NCBI GenBank assembly: GCA_963821525.1 | Contig: CAWGED010000005.1 | Coordinates: 160,001-224,000, forward strand | Direction: 5' to 3' | DNA from: an uncultured Gemmatimonadales bacterium | Lineage (GTDB): Bacteria > Gemmatimonadota > Gemmatimonadetes > Gemmatimonadales > GWC2-71-9 | Length of the DNA stretch: 64,000 nt | Shown here: positions 45,354-56,456 of the stretch, in pieces | Layout of the letters: every line of letters starts with the position of its first letter | Position numbering within the stretch: position 1 is the first letter of the stretch | The notes under the pieces: model-generated | Seen by the model: only the letters and a program-made list of their open reading frames with translations | Databases searched by the model: none | Told to the model about the DNA's origin: nothing | Position numbers and translations under genes: made by a program

Positions 45354-46400
45354 TCAGGACTCAGTCGGAGGGGATTCGGGGCCTTCGCTCGCTCCGCCAC
45401 GGCCTCTGCGGCCACGCCGCCGCCGCCGCCGTCGGGGCCCGCTTCCCGGCTCCGCGGGGGCCTGAGACGAAGGAGGCGCGGACTCCCTGGCGGGAGCGGG
45501 AGTAGGAGCGGGCGCCGGAGGCGGAGGCGGAGCGATGGTGGCCGCTTCCGGGTGGGCGGCTTCCATTTCGTCCCGGAGTTGCACCAGCGGGATAATGCGC
45601 GAGCCCTGCTCTTCGTGGCGGAGGAAGACCCGCTCCCGGAAGATGTCGACCGCCACCACCTTCTCCGGGCCGCGGGCAGTCTGAAGCGTCTTCCCCTCGC
45701 GGGGGAATCGCTTGCGCGAGGCGACGTAGAACTCGTGTTCGTACTTCAGGCAGCAGAGCAGCCGGCCGCAGCCGCCGGAGATCTGAGCCGGGTTGAGCGA
45801 GAGATGCTGGTCCTTCGCCAACGCCAGGCTCACCGGGGACAGCTCGGTCAGCCAGGTTGAGCAGCAGTATTCCCGCCCGCAACGGCCCACGCCCTTGAGC
45901 CGTGCCGCCTCATCCCGCACGCCGATCTGACGCAACTCGATCCGGGTACGAAACTGTGCTGCGAGATCGCGGACCAGGGCGCGGAAGTCCACCCGCTTTT
46001 CCGCCGTGAAGAAGATGGTGAGCTTGCCCCGGTCCCACTGCCACTCGGCATCGCTCACCTTCATCTCGAGGGAGTGTTGCCGGACCTTGTCGATCACCTT
46101 GCGGCGGGCTTCTTCTTCGTTCTGGCGCAGTTCGTTTGCGGTGCGGATCTCTTCCTGGGAGGCACGTCGTACCACTGGACGCATCGCGGGAGGGGCCGTG
46201 GCGCCTACCGCGCACCCGTTGCAGGCGCCGGCGCATTTCTTCTGCGCCACCTCTCCCGCCGAAAACACCCGTCCGAAGTCGAGGCCACGCTCCGCCTCGA
46301 CCACGACCGCTTCCTTCAGCCGGAGCGGATCCTGCTCGTCGGTCCAGAGGAAAAAGTCGCGGCGGGTACCCTTGAAGCGTACTTCGACGGTTTGAGGCAT
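45354..46400 (-). CDS. ricT: PSP1/YaaT (RicT) family protein
   Basis: RVDFRALVRDLA, IELRQIGVRDEA, GRCGREYCC, ISGGCGRLLCCLKYE. Confidence 0.92.
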   Translation of the reverse strand: MPQTVEVRFKGTRRDFFLWTDEQDPLRLKEAVVVEAERGLDFGRVFSAGEVAQKKCAGACNGCAVGATAPPAMRPVVRRASQEEIRTANELRQNEEEARRKVIDKVRQHSLEMKVSDAEWQWDRGKLTIFFTAEKRVDFRALVRDLAAQFRTRIELRQIGVRDEAARLKGVGRCGREYCCSTWLTELSPVSLALAKDQHLSLNPAQISGGCGRLLCCLKYEHEFYVASRKRFPREGKTLQTARGPEKVVAVDIFRERVFLRHEEQGSRIIPLVQLRDEMEAAHPEAATIAPPPPPAPAPTPAPARESAPPSSQAPAEPGSGPRRRRRRRGRRGRGGASEGPESPPTES

Positions 46401-47362
46401 CAGGTCTCGGTAAAAGCGCCCATGGCCGCGTACTTGTCAGCACGGCGGCGCACCAGCTTTTCGGGCCGGACCTTTCGCAACTCCGTCATGTGGCGAATGA
46501 GAGCTTCTCGCAGAGCCTCACCGGTCGCGTCGGGGTCGAAATGCGCCCCTCCGAGCGGTTCCGGAATAATTTCGTCAATGAGCTTGAGTCGGAGCAGGTC
46601 CTGCGCCGTCAGCTTCAATGCATCGGCCGCCCGTTCCCGCTGAGAGGCGTCCTTCCAGAGAATCGCCGCGCATCCCTCGGGCGAAATGACTGAATAGACC
46701 GAGTTCTCCAGCATCAGCACCCGGTCGGCCACACCGAGCGCGAGCGCTCCGCCGGAGCCACCCTCGCCGACGACGACCGCGATGCAGGGCGTCGGGAGTG
46801 CGGCCATCTCCAGAATGCTGCGGGCCAGGGCTTCCGACTGTCCCCGCTCCTCCGCGCCGAGTCCTGGATAGGCGCCCGGCGTGTCGATGAGGGAGATGAC
46901 CGGAGCGCTGAACTTGGCCGCCAGCTTCATGAGGCGGAGCGCCTTGCGGTATCCCTCCGGGTGCGCCATGCCGAAATTGCGCTTGAGATTCTCCTTGGTG
47001 TCCCGCCCCTTCTGGTGCCCGATCACCATCACCGAGACGCCGGCCAGCCGGGCCCAGCCCCCGACGATCGCCGGATCGTCGCGGTACAACCGGTCTCCGT
47101 GAAGCTCGATGAAGTCGGTAAAGATGGTGCTCAGGTAATCGAGCGTGTAAGGCCGGCGTGAATGGCGCGCCACCTGCACCCGCTGCATTGGGGTCAGGTT
47201 CATGTAGATCTCGGATCGGAGGGTGTTGAGCCGGACCTGGAGGAGACGGGCTTCTTCCGAAACGTCGATCTGCTGCTTCTCGCCCAGCTGGGTGAGATCC
47301 TCGATCTGCCGCTCCAGTTCCTGCAGGGGCCGCTCAAAATCGAGACTGTAGGTGTTCGCCAT
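46400..47362 (-). CDS. accA: Acetyl-CoA carboxylase carboxyltransferase alpha
   Basis: LDFERP, ELHGDR, PEGYRKALR, GEGGSGGAL. Confidence 0.97.
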   Translation of the reverse strand: MANTYSLDFERPLQELERQIEDLTQLGEKQQIDVSEEARLLQVRLNTLRSEIYMNLTPMQRVQVARHSRRPYTLDYLSTIFTDFIELHGDRLYRDDPAIVGGWARLAGVSVMVIGHQKGRDTKENLKRNFGMAHPEGYRKALRLMKLAAKFSAPVISLIDTPGAYPGLGAEERGQSEALARSILEMAALPTPCIAVVVGEGGSGGALALGVADRVLMLENSVYSVISPEGCAAILWKDASQRERAADALKLTAQDLLRLKLIDEIIPEPLGGAHFDPDATGEALREALIRHMTELRKVRPEKLVRRRADKYAAMGAFTET

Positions 47363-47379
47363 TTCGTTTCTAAGAGAGG

Positions 47380-47440
47380 AGCCCCAAGCCCGAAGCCGTA
47401 AGCCATAAGCATGAGAGCCTAAGGCCTATGGCTTATGGCA
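47380..47440. repeat. Heptamer (AAGCCAT/ATGGCTT) stutter inverted repeat between dnaE and accA
   Basis: AAGCCCGAAGCCGTAAGCCATAAG facing CTATGGCTTATGGC. Confidence 0.6.
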
Positions 47441-47481
47441 TTCCCCCGAAAGGGGTTTCTGGTTCGCGGTTTCGCCCAGGG

Positions 47482-50400
47482 TTAGCCTGCCCGAACATAC
47501 TGCACGTGCTCGGCACCCAGCAACCTGCGGAGTCCCTGGATCAGCTCCTCATCCGGGGCAATCCTGACCCGTCTGGACCGGGCCCTCAGCCGCTCTCCAT
47601 TCCCGTCGCTCCATTCAATATAGAGCGGAGCCGGGCCCGGGTGAGCGGCGCAGAGCGCTACGGCTTCCTTGATTCGCTCGGGGGGCGGGGCTTCTGGTGC
47701 CTTCCAGCGGAGCGCCACGCCGAGGGCTCCGCTGGGTATGAGCTCATCGAGCGGCCGCGCCAATTCTACGACGAACGGTGCCCGTTCCTCCCCGCGATCC
47801 CGGGCGCTGTAGCCGCCCGTGAGCAGCACAGGCAAATCGTCACGGATCACCTGGTTGAGCCGGGCCCAGGCGTCCGGGAAGACGATGGCTTCCGCCGTCC
47901 CGTGGAAATCCTCGAGGGTGATCCGGGCGTACTCCTTCCCGGTCTTCTTGGAGATCTGCCGTTTCACCAAAGTGATGACCGCCGCGATCGTCACCTGGTG
48001 TTCACTCCATTCTCCGAGCGTGCTCGTGGTCCGGGTGCCGAACACTTCAACCTCGGCGCGGAACCGTTCCAGCGGATGGCCCGAGATGAAGAAGCCCAGG
48101 ACCTCCTTCTCCTTCGCCAACCGGTCGGCTTCACTCCATTCGGGCACTTCCGGCAACGTCTCCTGGTGATGCCGCGCGGCGACCGCATCTCCGAACAAGG
48201 AGGCTTGTCCCGCCTCCCGCTCCTGTTGGGCCAGTTGTGCTTCGCCCAGCGCCTCATCCAGCCCAGCCGCGAACTGCGCGCGGTGCCCGCCCAGGGAGTC
48301 CAGCGCACCTGCAGCGACGAGGGATTCGATCACCCGCTTGTTGGCGAGGCGCAAATCAATCCGGCTGGCGAAGTCTGGCAGTGATTTGAACGGCGCGTCC
48401 TTCCGCGCGGCGATGAACGAGTCGATTGCCCCGCGCCCCACGTTCCGCACCGCGCCCAGCCCGAAGCGCAGCCTCCGGTCTCCAATCACCGTGAACTTGA
48501 ACCCCGACTCATTCACGTCGGGTGGGAGCACCTCGAGGTCCAGCTCCCGGGCCTCGTTGATGTACTGCACCACCTTGTCAGTATTCCCGATTTCGGACGA
48601 GAGCAGCGCAGCCAGAAACTCGGCGGGGTAGTAGGTCTTGAGCCACGCCGTCTGGTACGACAGGAGCGAGTAGGCGACCGAGTGCGACTTGTTGAAGCCG
48701 TACCGGCCGAAGGTCTTGATCTGGCCTCCCAGCTCCTCCGCCAGTCTGCGCTGAATGCCGTTGGCGACGGCCCGCTCGATGAACCGCCCAACTTCCTTGT
48801 CGATGAGCTCCTGATCTTTCTTGCCTACTGCCTTCCGCAGCACGTCGGCTTCGGCCAGGCTGTATCCCGCGAGCACGTTCGCGATGCGCATCACCTGCTC
48901 CTGGTAGGTGATGACGCCATAGGTCGGCTCGAGCACCTCGGCAAGCAACGGATGCGGGTAGGTAACCGTTTCCTGTCCCAGCTTGCGCCGAATGAAGACC
49001 AGGTGCATGCCGGCATCGAGCGGCCCGGGACGCAATAGCGCGTTCGAAGCCACCAGATCATCGAACCGGTCGCACTTCATGTTGCGTAGGGTGTCGGTGG
49101 CCAGCGGAGATTCGAACTGGAATACGCCGGCCGTCCGGCCGTGCCTCAGCATCTCGTAGACTTTGGGATCGTCGAGCCCCAGCGTGTCCATGTCGAGCGT
49201 AATGCCGTGACGCTCCTTGATCATTTCGATCGCATCGTGGATCACGGTCAGCGTCTTGAGGCCGAGCATGTCCATCTTCAGCATGCCGACCTTCTCGAGG
49301 GCGTCCATTTCGTACTGCGTGATGATCGCGTCTTCGCCCTCGGCCGTGGCCCCGGCGCCCTTGGTCGGCGCGGTGCATACCGGTACGTACTCGGTAAGTG
49401 GTCCCGGAGCGATCACCACTCCCGCCGCATGCACCGACATGTGCCGGGAGATGCCTTCGATTCGGGAGCCCAGACGTCACCAGCCGGCTGTACACCGGAT
49501 CGTTCCGCACCAGGTCCCGGAGCTCGGGTACTCGGTCTACGGCCTCTTCGATGCTCAGGCTGTAGGCCGGTCCCGAGGGGATGAGCTTGGTGAGCCGGTC
49601 GGCGTCACTGGGCGGGATCCGCAGCAGCCGGGCTACGTCCTTGAGCGCTGCCCGCGCCTTCAGGGTTCCAAAGGTGATGATCTGACCCACGCTCTGGCGC
49701 CCGTAACGTTCCCGGACGTACTCGATCACTTCACCCCGGCGTTCGAAGCAGAAGTCCACGTCGATGTCCGGCATGGATATCCGCTCGGGATTCAGGAAGC
49801 GCTCGAACAGCAGATCGAACCTGAGCGGATCGACGTTGGTGATGCCGAGCGAATAGGCGACCAGCGAGCCGGCGGCGGAACCGCGGCCGGGGCCCACGGG
49901 GATCCCGCGCTCCCGTGCCGCCGCGATGAAGTCTTGTACAATCAGGAAGTAACCCGCGTATCCCGCCTTGTTGATCACCCCGAGCTCGTAGGCCAGCCGC
50001 TCCTGGACTGCCTGGGGCAAGGGTGAGCCGTACCGGGCGCTGGCTCCTTGCCGCGCGAGATCCTCCAGGAGCTGCTCATCACTCGTGTGCGTGGCAGGGC
50101 GGGGGAAACTCGGGAGGAAATACTTCTTCTCGAAGCTGAATTCGCAGAGGTTGGCCACCTTCGCCGTATTGGCCAGGACCTCCGGCGTGCGCTCGAACAG
50201 CGCCGCCATCTCCCGCTCCGACTTGACGTACGACTCCTGCCCCATGAAGCGGAATCGCTTCGGGTCGTCCAGTTCGGCGCCGGTTCCGATCGCGAGCAGT
50301 ACGTCGTGGGCCTCGGCATCCTCCCGCCGGAGGTAGTGCGCGTCATTGGTAGCGACGACTCCAAGGCCCAACTCCTGGCCCAGCTGGAACATTCCGGCAT

Positions 50401-50962
50401 TCACCTGGACCTCTTCCGGAATGCCGTGCTGCTGCACCTCCAGCCAAAAGCCGTCCGGTCCGAAGGTCCTGGCGAACCATTCGGCGGAGCGCTTCGCCTC
50501 CTCGTAGTTGCCTTGCCGCAGGTAGAGCGAGATCTCCCCAGACAGACATGCCGCGAGCCCGACCAGTCCCTCGGAATGTTCCGCGAGGACTTCCTTGTCG
50601 ATCCGCGGCCGGCGGTAGAAGCCCTCCAGATAACCGATGGAGCTCAGCCGGACCAGGTTCCGGTAGCCCGCACGGTTCTTTGCCAGCAACACGAGATGGC
50701 TGTAGATCCCGGGCGCGCCCTGCGGCTTCTGCTGATTTCTTCGGGAACCGAAGGCGAGATACGCCTCGAAGCCGAGGATCGGGCGGATGCCCTTCGCCTT
50801 GGCGTGATCGTAGAACGACCATGCCGCGTGAAGGTTGCCGTGGTCCGTCACGGCCAGGCTGTCCATACCGAGGCGCTTTACGTGATCAACCAGCTCGGGT
50901 ATTCGGTTGGCGCCGTCGAGGAGGGAGTACTCGGAGTGGGTGTGGAGATGAACGAATGCCAT
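47482..50962 (-). CDS. dnaE: DNA polymerase III alpha subunit (frameshift ~49460)
   Basis: HLHTHSEYSLLDG PHP domain, GRGSAAGS, MPDIDVDF, YGFNKSH, C-terminal OB fold. Confidence 0.97.
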
Positions 50963-51047
50963 GGTAGTTCGCTGTCCACGGTTCCTCGTCGCGATCCTGC
51001 CGTGCCGCATGCGCGGCCGGCCCCAATCGCTGATGGCCCGCGAACAG

Positions 51048-51734
51048 CTATTTCTCCCGGTCCTGGAGCTCCTTCAACACGGCGCCCAGCGGGACACCGC
51101 GCGACTGCAGGAGCACCAGCAGGTGATAGAGGAGATCGGCCGCCTCGGACGCGAGACGGTGTTCATCCTCCGAATTCGCTGCGACTACAACTTCAACTGC
51201 CTCTTCTCCGACCTTCTGCGAGATCTTGCCACGGCCCTGTTCCAGCAGCGAGGCCGTGTAGGAACCCGGCTGAGGATTCCGCGCCCGGCTGGCGATCAGG
51301 GCGGCGAGGCGACTCAACTGATGCCCGCCCGGATCTTCCTCTTCAACCGGCCGGATCGATTCATCCTGCGGGGAAGAATCCCGCCGAACCGCCTTCGAGA
51401 AGCAAGTCCGGGTTCCGGTGTGGCAGGCGGGCCCGGTCTGCTCCACCCGGTACAACACCGCGTCGCCGTCGCAGTCGAGCCGGATCTCGACGACTCGCTG
51501 TTCGTGCCCGGAGGTCTCGCCCTTGCGCCACAGCGTCTGGCGGCTGCGACTGTAGTAGTGCGCTTTGCCGCTCAGCAGCGTCTGTTCCAGCGCTTCCCGG
51601 TTGGCCCAGGCGAGCATCAGCACATCGCCCGAGAGGCGTTCCTGAGCGACCACGGGCACCAGTCCATCGGTGCCGAAACGGACCTCTTCGAGCCAGTTCG
51701 CGGCAGTCACGCCCGAAGGTATTCGGAGGGTCAA
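51048..51734 (-). CDS. hisIE: Phosphoribosyl-AMP cyclohydrolase / PR-ATP pyrophosphatase
   Basis: [32 protein letters not shown]. Confidence 0.96.
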   Translation of the reverse strand: MTLRIPSGVTAANWLEEVRFGTDGLVPVVAQERLSGDVLMLAWANREALEQTLLSGKAHYYSRSRQTLWRKGETSGHEQRVVEIRLDCDGDAVLYRVEQTGPACHTGTRTCFSKAVRRDSSPQDESIRPVEEEDPGGHQLSRLAALIASRARNPQPGSYTASLLEQGRGKISQKVGEEAVEVVVAANSEDEHRLASEAADLLYHLLVLLQSRGVPLGAVLKELQDREK

Positions 51735-51775
51735 CGATTGTCAAAACCCGTTGTGCTGCTTTATCTTGCCTCGCG

Positions 51776-52663
51776 ATGCCGAGCCTCCGGCTTGCCGCGT
51801 ACTGTTCTCTCCTCACGATGTCGGCAGCCACTAACGGGGCCGCACAATCTCCCCGACCCACCCCACTCGCCACCACCTTACCGATTTCGGTCCGTTTCGC
51901 CGGATTGGGCGGTGCCTCCGTGGCCGTGAGCGGGGACGCCGGTTCAGTGTTCTTCAACCCGACCGGGCTTGCCACCGTACGGAATATCGCGGTCGAAGGC
52001 TCGCTGCAGCGATATCCCGATGGCACCGCCGAAACCATGGGTGCTGCGGCGTTTCGGTTGCTGCAATTCGATCTGGGGGGCGGGTATCACTACCTTCGAT
52101 TCAACAGTGATTCGCCGATCAAGGACAACATCATGTGGGTCGGTTCGGCCACGTACCGATTCGGAATCATTGCGGTCGGTGGCACGACCAAGTACGTCTC
52201 GCAGGAGGACTCGGCGGGAAAGATTCTCCGCTCCGGGTCGGTCGACGCCGGACTCGGCATCTATGTGTTCGACCTGATGTCGCTCGGCTTCTCGGTGCAG
52301 AACCTGGGAGACTGGGCGGTGAGCGGAGGCGGCGTCGAGCTTCCGACGAGCAAGCATTTCGGGTTCACCTTCAATTTCGTGGATCCGCAGGAGACGGCGC
52401 GGCTTCTTGCTACCATGGACGTCGCCTGGACCGAAGGCCAGGACCGGCGGACCGTGCTCGGCGCCGAAGCCGGTGTAGTCTTGAGCGGAGTCGGGCTGGT
52501 GGGTCGGGTCGGATATGGCGCGGCGCCCGATGGTTCAGGCCAGCGCGACGTCTCCTTCGGCGCCAGCCTGGTGTTGAGTCGGGTGAATATTGACTACGCC
52601 CATCAAACACGCACTACGCTGGGCGACTACGTTCACCGGTTCGGCGTGCGGTTCACCCTCTGA
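51776..52663 (+). CDS. Outer-membrane barrel, PorV/UPF0164-like
   Basis: SVRFAGLGGA...SVFFNPTGL hatch motif, C-terminal HRFGVRFTL. Confidence 0.7.
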   Translation: MPSLRLAAYCSLLTMSAATNGAAQSPRPTPLATTLPISVRFAGLGGASVAVSGDAGSVFFNPTGLATVRNIAVEGSLQRYPDGTAETMGAAAFRLLQFDLGGGYHYLRFNSDSPIKDNIMWVGSATYRFGIIAVGGTTKYVSQEDSAGKILRSGSVDAGLGIYVFDLMSLGFSVQNLGDWAVSGGGVELPTSKHFGFTFNFVDPQETARLLATMDVAWTEGQDRRTVLGAEAGVVLSGVGLVGRVGYGAAPDGSGQRDVSFGASLVLSRVNIDYAHQTRTTLGDYVHRFGVRFTL

Positions 52664-53736
52664 TGAAGCGGCGGGCGATCGTGATCTTTCTCATCGTGGT
52701 TGGCGCGCTCATGGCCGGCTATGGCACCGCGTATGTCGCGAGCGAAGACGTTCGCTACATCACCCGTGCCGGGTTCGAACAAACCCACATTCTTCAGGCC
52801 CGGCGCCCCATCTCGAAAATCCTGGCCGATCCCAAGACCGACGCCGCTACTCGCGGTTCACTCGAACTGGTGCTGGCCGCGCGCGACTTCGCGGCTCAGC
52901 TCGATTTCGAGGCGAAGGACACCTACACGACGTACTCCGATATCGGGCGCGACACCCTGCTCGTCGTGCTGTCTGCGTCTCCCAAGAATTGTCTCTGCCC
53001 CTATACGTGGAAGTACCCGATCGTCGGGAGGATTCCCTACAAGGGCTTCTTCGATCCCGCGATGGCGCGGAAGGAAACCAGCAAGCTCGACGCGATGGGC
53101 TACGACACCTATCTGCGGCCGGCCGCCGCGTTCTCGACGCTGGGCTGGTTCAACGACCCGCTGCTTTCGACCGCGATGACCCGGGATTCAGTCGAGCTTG
53201 CGGCGCTGGTCCTGCACGAGATCGCCCACAACACACTCTACGTGAAGAGTGCGACACCCTTCAACGAAAGCTTCGCCCAGCTCGCCGGATATCGCGGAGC
53301 GGAAGCGTTCTTCCGCTCCCGCGGAGAGCAGGAGGCCGCTGACAAAGCAGCCGCACGCTGGGAGGACGAAGTCGTTCTGAGCGGCTACTACACCGCTCTC
53401 GCTGCCCGGCTCGACAGCCTGTATCAGTCCACGCCCGACTCGGCAGCACTCGCCGCTGGGCGAGCCAGTATCGCCGCCTGGGCCCGGGAGCAGCTCCAGG
53501 GGCCGATCGCCCAGCAGCTTCGCTCCTACCGGATCGGACGGATCTCCGAGCGTCCCATCAACAACGCGCAGATCATCTCGGCGAGAATCTACCGGACGCG
53601 GCTCGACCTGTTTGACCGCTGGTATCAGAAGGAGGGACAGGACATCAAGCTGGCGGTGAAGGATCTCAAGGCACAGCTGGATGGAGTCACGGGCGACTCG
53701 GCGTTTGCGGTGCTGGAAAAAGCGGTGGGCGAGTAA
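52663..53736 (+). CDS. Putative zinc aminopeptidase
   Basis: PYKGFF, AFSTLGWFNDP, HEIAH...FNESFA. Confidence 0.87.
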   Translation: MKRRAIVIFLIVVGALMAGYGTAYVASEDVRYITRAGFEQTHILQARRPISKILADPKTDAATRGSLELVLAARDFAAQLDFEAKDTYTTYSDIGRDTLLVVLSASPKNCLCPYTWKYPIVGRIPYKGFFDPAMARKETSKLDAMGYDTYLRPAAAFSTLGWFNDPLLSTAMTRDSVELAALVLHEIAHNTLYVKSATPFNESFAQLAGYRGAEAFFRSRGEQEAADKAAARWEDEVVLSGYYTALAARLDSLYQSTPDSAALAAGRASIAAWAREQLQGPIAQQLRSYRIGRISERPINNAQIISARIYRTRLDLFDRWYQKEGQDIKLAVKDLKAQLDGVTGDSAFAVLEKAVGE

Positions 53737-53795
53737 CTGAAAGCGGTGAACAGGGAACCGGGAAAGGGAACCGGAGCAGGGTGAACTGATCTAGC

Positions 53796-53888
53796 ACCTC
53801 ATCCCGAGGAGTTACGTCGCGAGCAGGATCTCCCTGCCTTGACACTTCGGATAGGACGCTAGATCCCTCGCTGCGCTCGGGATGAGGT
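53796..53888. repeat. REP-like palindromic element
   Basis: ACCTCATCCCGAG...AGATCCCTCGCTGCGCTCGGGATGAGGT, 13-bp terminal IR, flanked by GGGAACC-type stutter arms. Confidence 0.7.
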
Positions 53889-53926
53889 TCTCACCCGGTC
53901 CCGCATTCCCCTTCCGCCCTCCCGCC

Positions 53927-54967
53927 TTACCGCCTCAGGGTCACATCCCCCGACCCGGTCTCGATATCAATCCTCCCCTGACCGTCCCCCAGCTTCGCGA
54001 TCAGTTTGCCTTCCTCTTTACGGATCAACTGGACCGGAAAGTCCACCTGGAATTCGCCGCTCCCGGTCTCGAGGCTCAGCTCGGCTCCGACAGCTTCTGG
54101 AATTCGCAGGGTGACATTGCCGGAACCGGTCTCCGCGTCCAGCGAATTGACGTCGGTCTCGAGGGTCACCTCCACGTCGCCGCTCCCGGCGCTCAGCTCG
54201 AGGTCGGTGGACTTGGCGGCGGCGATCGTGATGTTGCCCGAACCGGTCTCGATGTCGAGCCGGGGCGATTCGATCTGGCTGCCTTGCACGTTGCCGCTCC
54301 CCGTCTCGATGTCGAGGACGGTTCCCTTGAACGTGGTTACCCTGACGTCTCCCGAACCGGTGTCGATATTGAGCGTGCCGCTGGCCGTCGTCGCCTCGAC
54401 GTTGCCCGATCCCGTGTCCACGTGGAGCTGACCGCCGACCGAGGTCATCCGGATATCGCCTGAAGCGGCGTCCAGGCTGATGTCTCCATTCACATTCGAG
54501 GCCTCAATCTTCCCCACGCCAAGGAATACGGCGATTCGCTGGCCCTCGGGTACTCGAACCGTGATGTCGGCATGGGCCTCGAGGCCGTCACCGTCGCCTC
54601 TTACCGAGATGCGGCGGGAGTGCTTGCCGCTGTCGCCCCAGGTCCCGTCGTCATTGACGCTGAAGTTGGAATTGGAGTGGCGGCCGAGAGCGGGATAGAC
54701 GATGTGATCTTCGGGGAAATTGACTCGGATCGCCGGGCGACCCCTGATCGAGGTGGATTCAACCGTGAGCTTGCCGGCGTCCTTGCCACCCGGCCTCACT
54801 TCGACCTGGACCGAAGGGCCGCTCCCTCGCTCAACCGTCATCTCGCCGACCAGATCGTATACCGCCACGTCCTGGCCCTGCAGAGTGAAGGTCTTGGTTT
54901 GAGCCGCGGCGACAGCGGGGAAGGCAGCCAGCACTGCTACGAGTGTAGAAGAAAGGGCGCGCATCAT
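53927..54967 (-). CDS. DUF4097 beta-strand repeat (adhesin-like) protein
   Basis: Signal peptide; repeated (I/L)(D/E)TGSG(N/D)V. Confidence 0.88.
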   Translation of the reverse strand: MMRALSSTLVAVLAAFPAVAAAQTKTFTLQGQDVAVYDLVGEMTVERGSGPSVQVEVRPGGKDAGKLTVESTSIRGRPAIRVNFPEDHIVYPALGRHSNSNFSVNDDGTWGDSGKHSRRISVRGDGDGLEAHADITVRVPEGQRIAVFLGVGKIEASNVNGDISLDAASGDIRMTSVGGQLHVDTGSGNVEATTASGTLNIDTGSGDVRVTTFKGTVLDIETGSGNVQGSQIESPRLDIETGSGNITIAAAKSTDLELSAGSGDVEVTLETDVNSLDAETGSGNVTLRIPEAVGAELSLETGSGEFQVDFPVQLIRKEEGKLIAKLGDGQGRIDIETGSGDVTLRR

Positions 54968-55086
54968 GTTCTCCGGGGAGCGGTGCTGGCTTTGACGGGC
55001 CCGGGAGAGGGAAGGTTGCACCAGCCTATCGCCCACAGGCTTGGGGCGGCATACTACACCTGTCTTTTCGGGAAAGGTCAGCGAGG

Positions 55087-55937
55087 ATGGCGCGGGATCT
55101 TCTGCCCATGGTGCGGCAGGCACTAAGCGGGCGTTATGAAGTCGATCGCGAGATCGGCCGGGGCGGAGCCGCACGGGTGTTCGCCGCGCGGGCCAGCGAT
55201 GGGAGACTGGTGGCCCTCAAGGTCCTGCATCCCCAGCTTGCCGCCAGCGTTGCCGCGGAGCGTTTCTTCCGGGAGATCCATCACCTGGCACCGCTGGAGC
55301 ATCCCCACATCGCCCGTCTGATTGACTACGGTGAGGAAGACTGGGTCCTCTACTACGTGATGGATTACGTCGAAGGGCCTACCCTCAAGCAACATCTTCA
55401 GGCGGTGCGGCGGGCAGGGATCAGCGATACGCTGCGAATCGCGCATGACGTGCTGGATGCCCTGGCCTGCGCTCATGACCGGGGCATCGTGCACCGAGAC
55501 GTCAAGCCGGAAAACATTCTGCTGGCACCTCAGGGTGCGGTGCTCGTGGATTTTGGGATCGCGCGGGCAGTCTCCCAGGCCGGGGCGGACCGGCTGACCC
55601 GTTCAGGCTTCGCCGTCGGCACTTCGGCCTACATGAGCCCGGAGCAGATCGCCGGTTCCGACGATATCGACGCCCGCTCCGATATCTATTCGCTGGGGTG
55701 TGTGCTGTTCGAATGCCCTGGCTGGACGACCGCCCTACGAGGATCCGCTTCGAGGATGCCGTGTTGCGGCTCCACCGGACCGCTCCGGTTCCATCGGTTC
55801 TGGAACGCCGGGAAGACACGCCGCCGGCACTCGCGGAGGCCATTCACCGCGCGATGGCGAAAGATCCTGCGGACCGGTGGCCCAGCGCCCAGATGATGCG
55901 TTCGGCCCTGCCCGAGTTGGAACCCTCCCCCCGCTAG
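55087..55937 (+). CDS. Stand-alone Ser/Thr protein kinase (frameshift ~55715)
   Basis: IGRGGAARV, HRDVKPEN, DFGIA, AYMSPEQ. Confidence 0.9.
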
Positions 55938-55943
55938 CTCCGC

Positions 55944-56456
55944 TCAGCTCGTCTCACTCAAGACCCTCTGGTATTCGTGCAGGTCCGTCTCGCTGAAACA
56001 GACGAACCGTACCAGCTCCACGTTCGGATGAGTTCGGACCGTATCGCGCACGGTGCGCACCGCGATTTCCGTCGCCTGATCCAGCGGGTAGCCGTAGATC
56101 CCGGTGCTGATGGCGGGGAATGCGATGGATCGAAGCCCGTACTCGTCCGCCAGCTCGAGTGACCGCCGGTAACAACTGGCCAAATCGTCCGGTTCTCCCT
56201 TGGCGCCACCGTGCCACACCGGGCCGACGGCGTGAATCACATGGCTGGCCTTGAGAGCAAATCCCGGAGTAATCCGGGCATCTCCGGTCGGGCAGCCTCC
56301 CAGTTCGGCGCAGGCCCTGGCTAACTCGGGGCCAGCTGCCCTGTGGATGGCGCCGCAAACTCCCCCGCCCGGAGCGAGCGAGGAGTTGGCGGCATTGACG
56401 ATGGCGTCGGTGGTTTCCTGCGTGATATCGCCGCTTACGGCGAGCAACCTGGACAT
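55944..56456 (-). CDS. Macro-domain O-acetyl-ADP-ribose deacetylase
   Basis: [31 protein letters not shown]. Confidence 0.93.
   Translation of the reverse strand: MSRLLAVSGDITQETTDAIVNAANSSLAPGGGVCGAIHRAAGPELARACAELGGCPTGDARITPGFALKASHVIHAVGPVWHGGAKGEPDDLASCYRRSLELADEYGLRSIAFPAISTGIYGYPLDQATEIAVRTVRDTVRTHPNVELVRFVCFSETDLHEYQRVLSETS

Noticed and set aside
47482..50962. dnaE in two ~650-aa ORFs, resembling split-intein DnaE
   Set aside because: No intein motifs (N-terminal Cys block, HN-C end). The halves join through a simple indel near 49460.
50048..51775. Long ORF extensions and antisense ORFs (871 aa, 742 aa, 652 aa and others)
   Set aside because: High-GC shadow frames overlapping well-supported genes; only the domain-bearing parts were kept.
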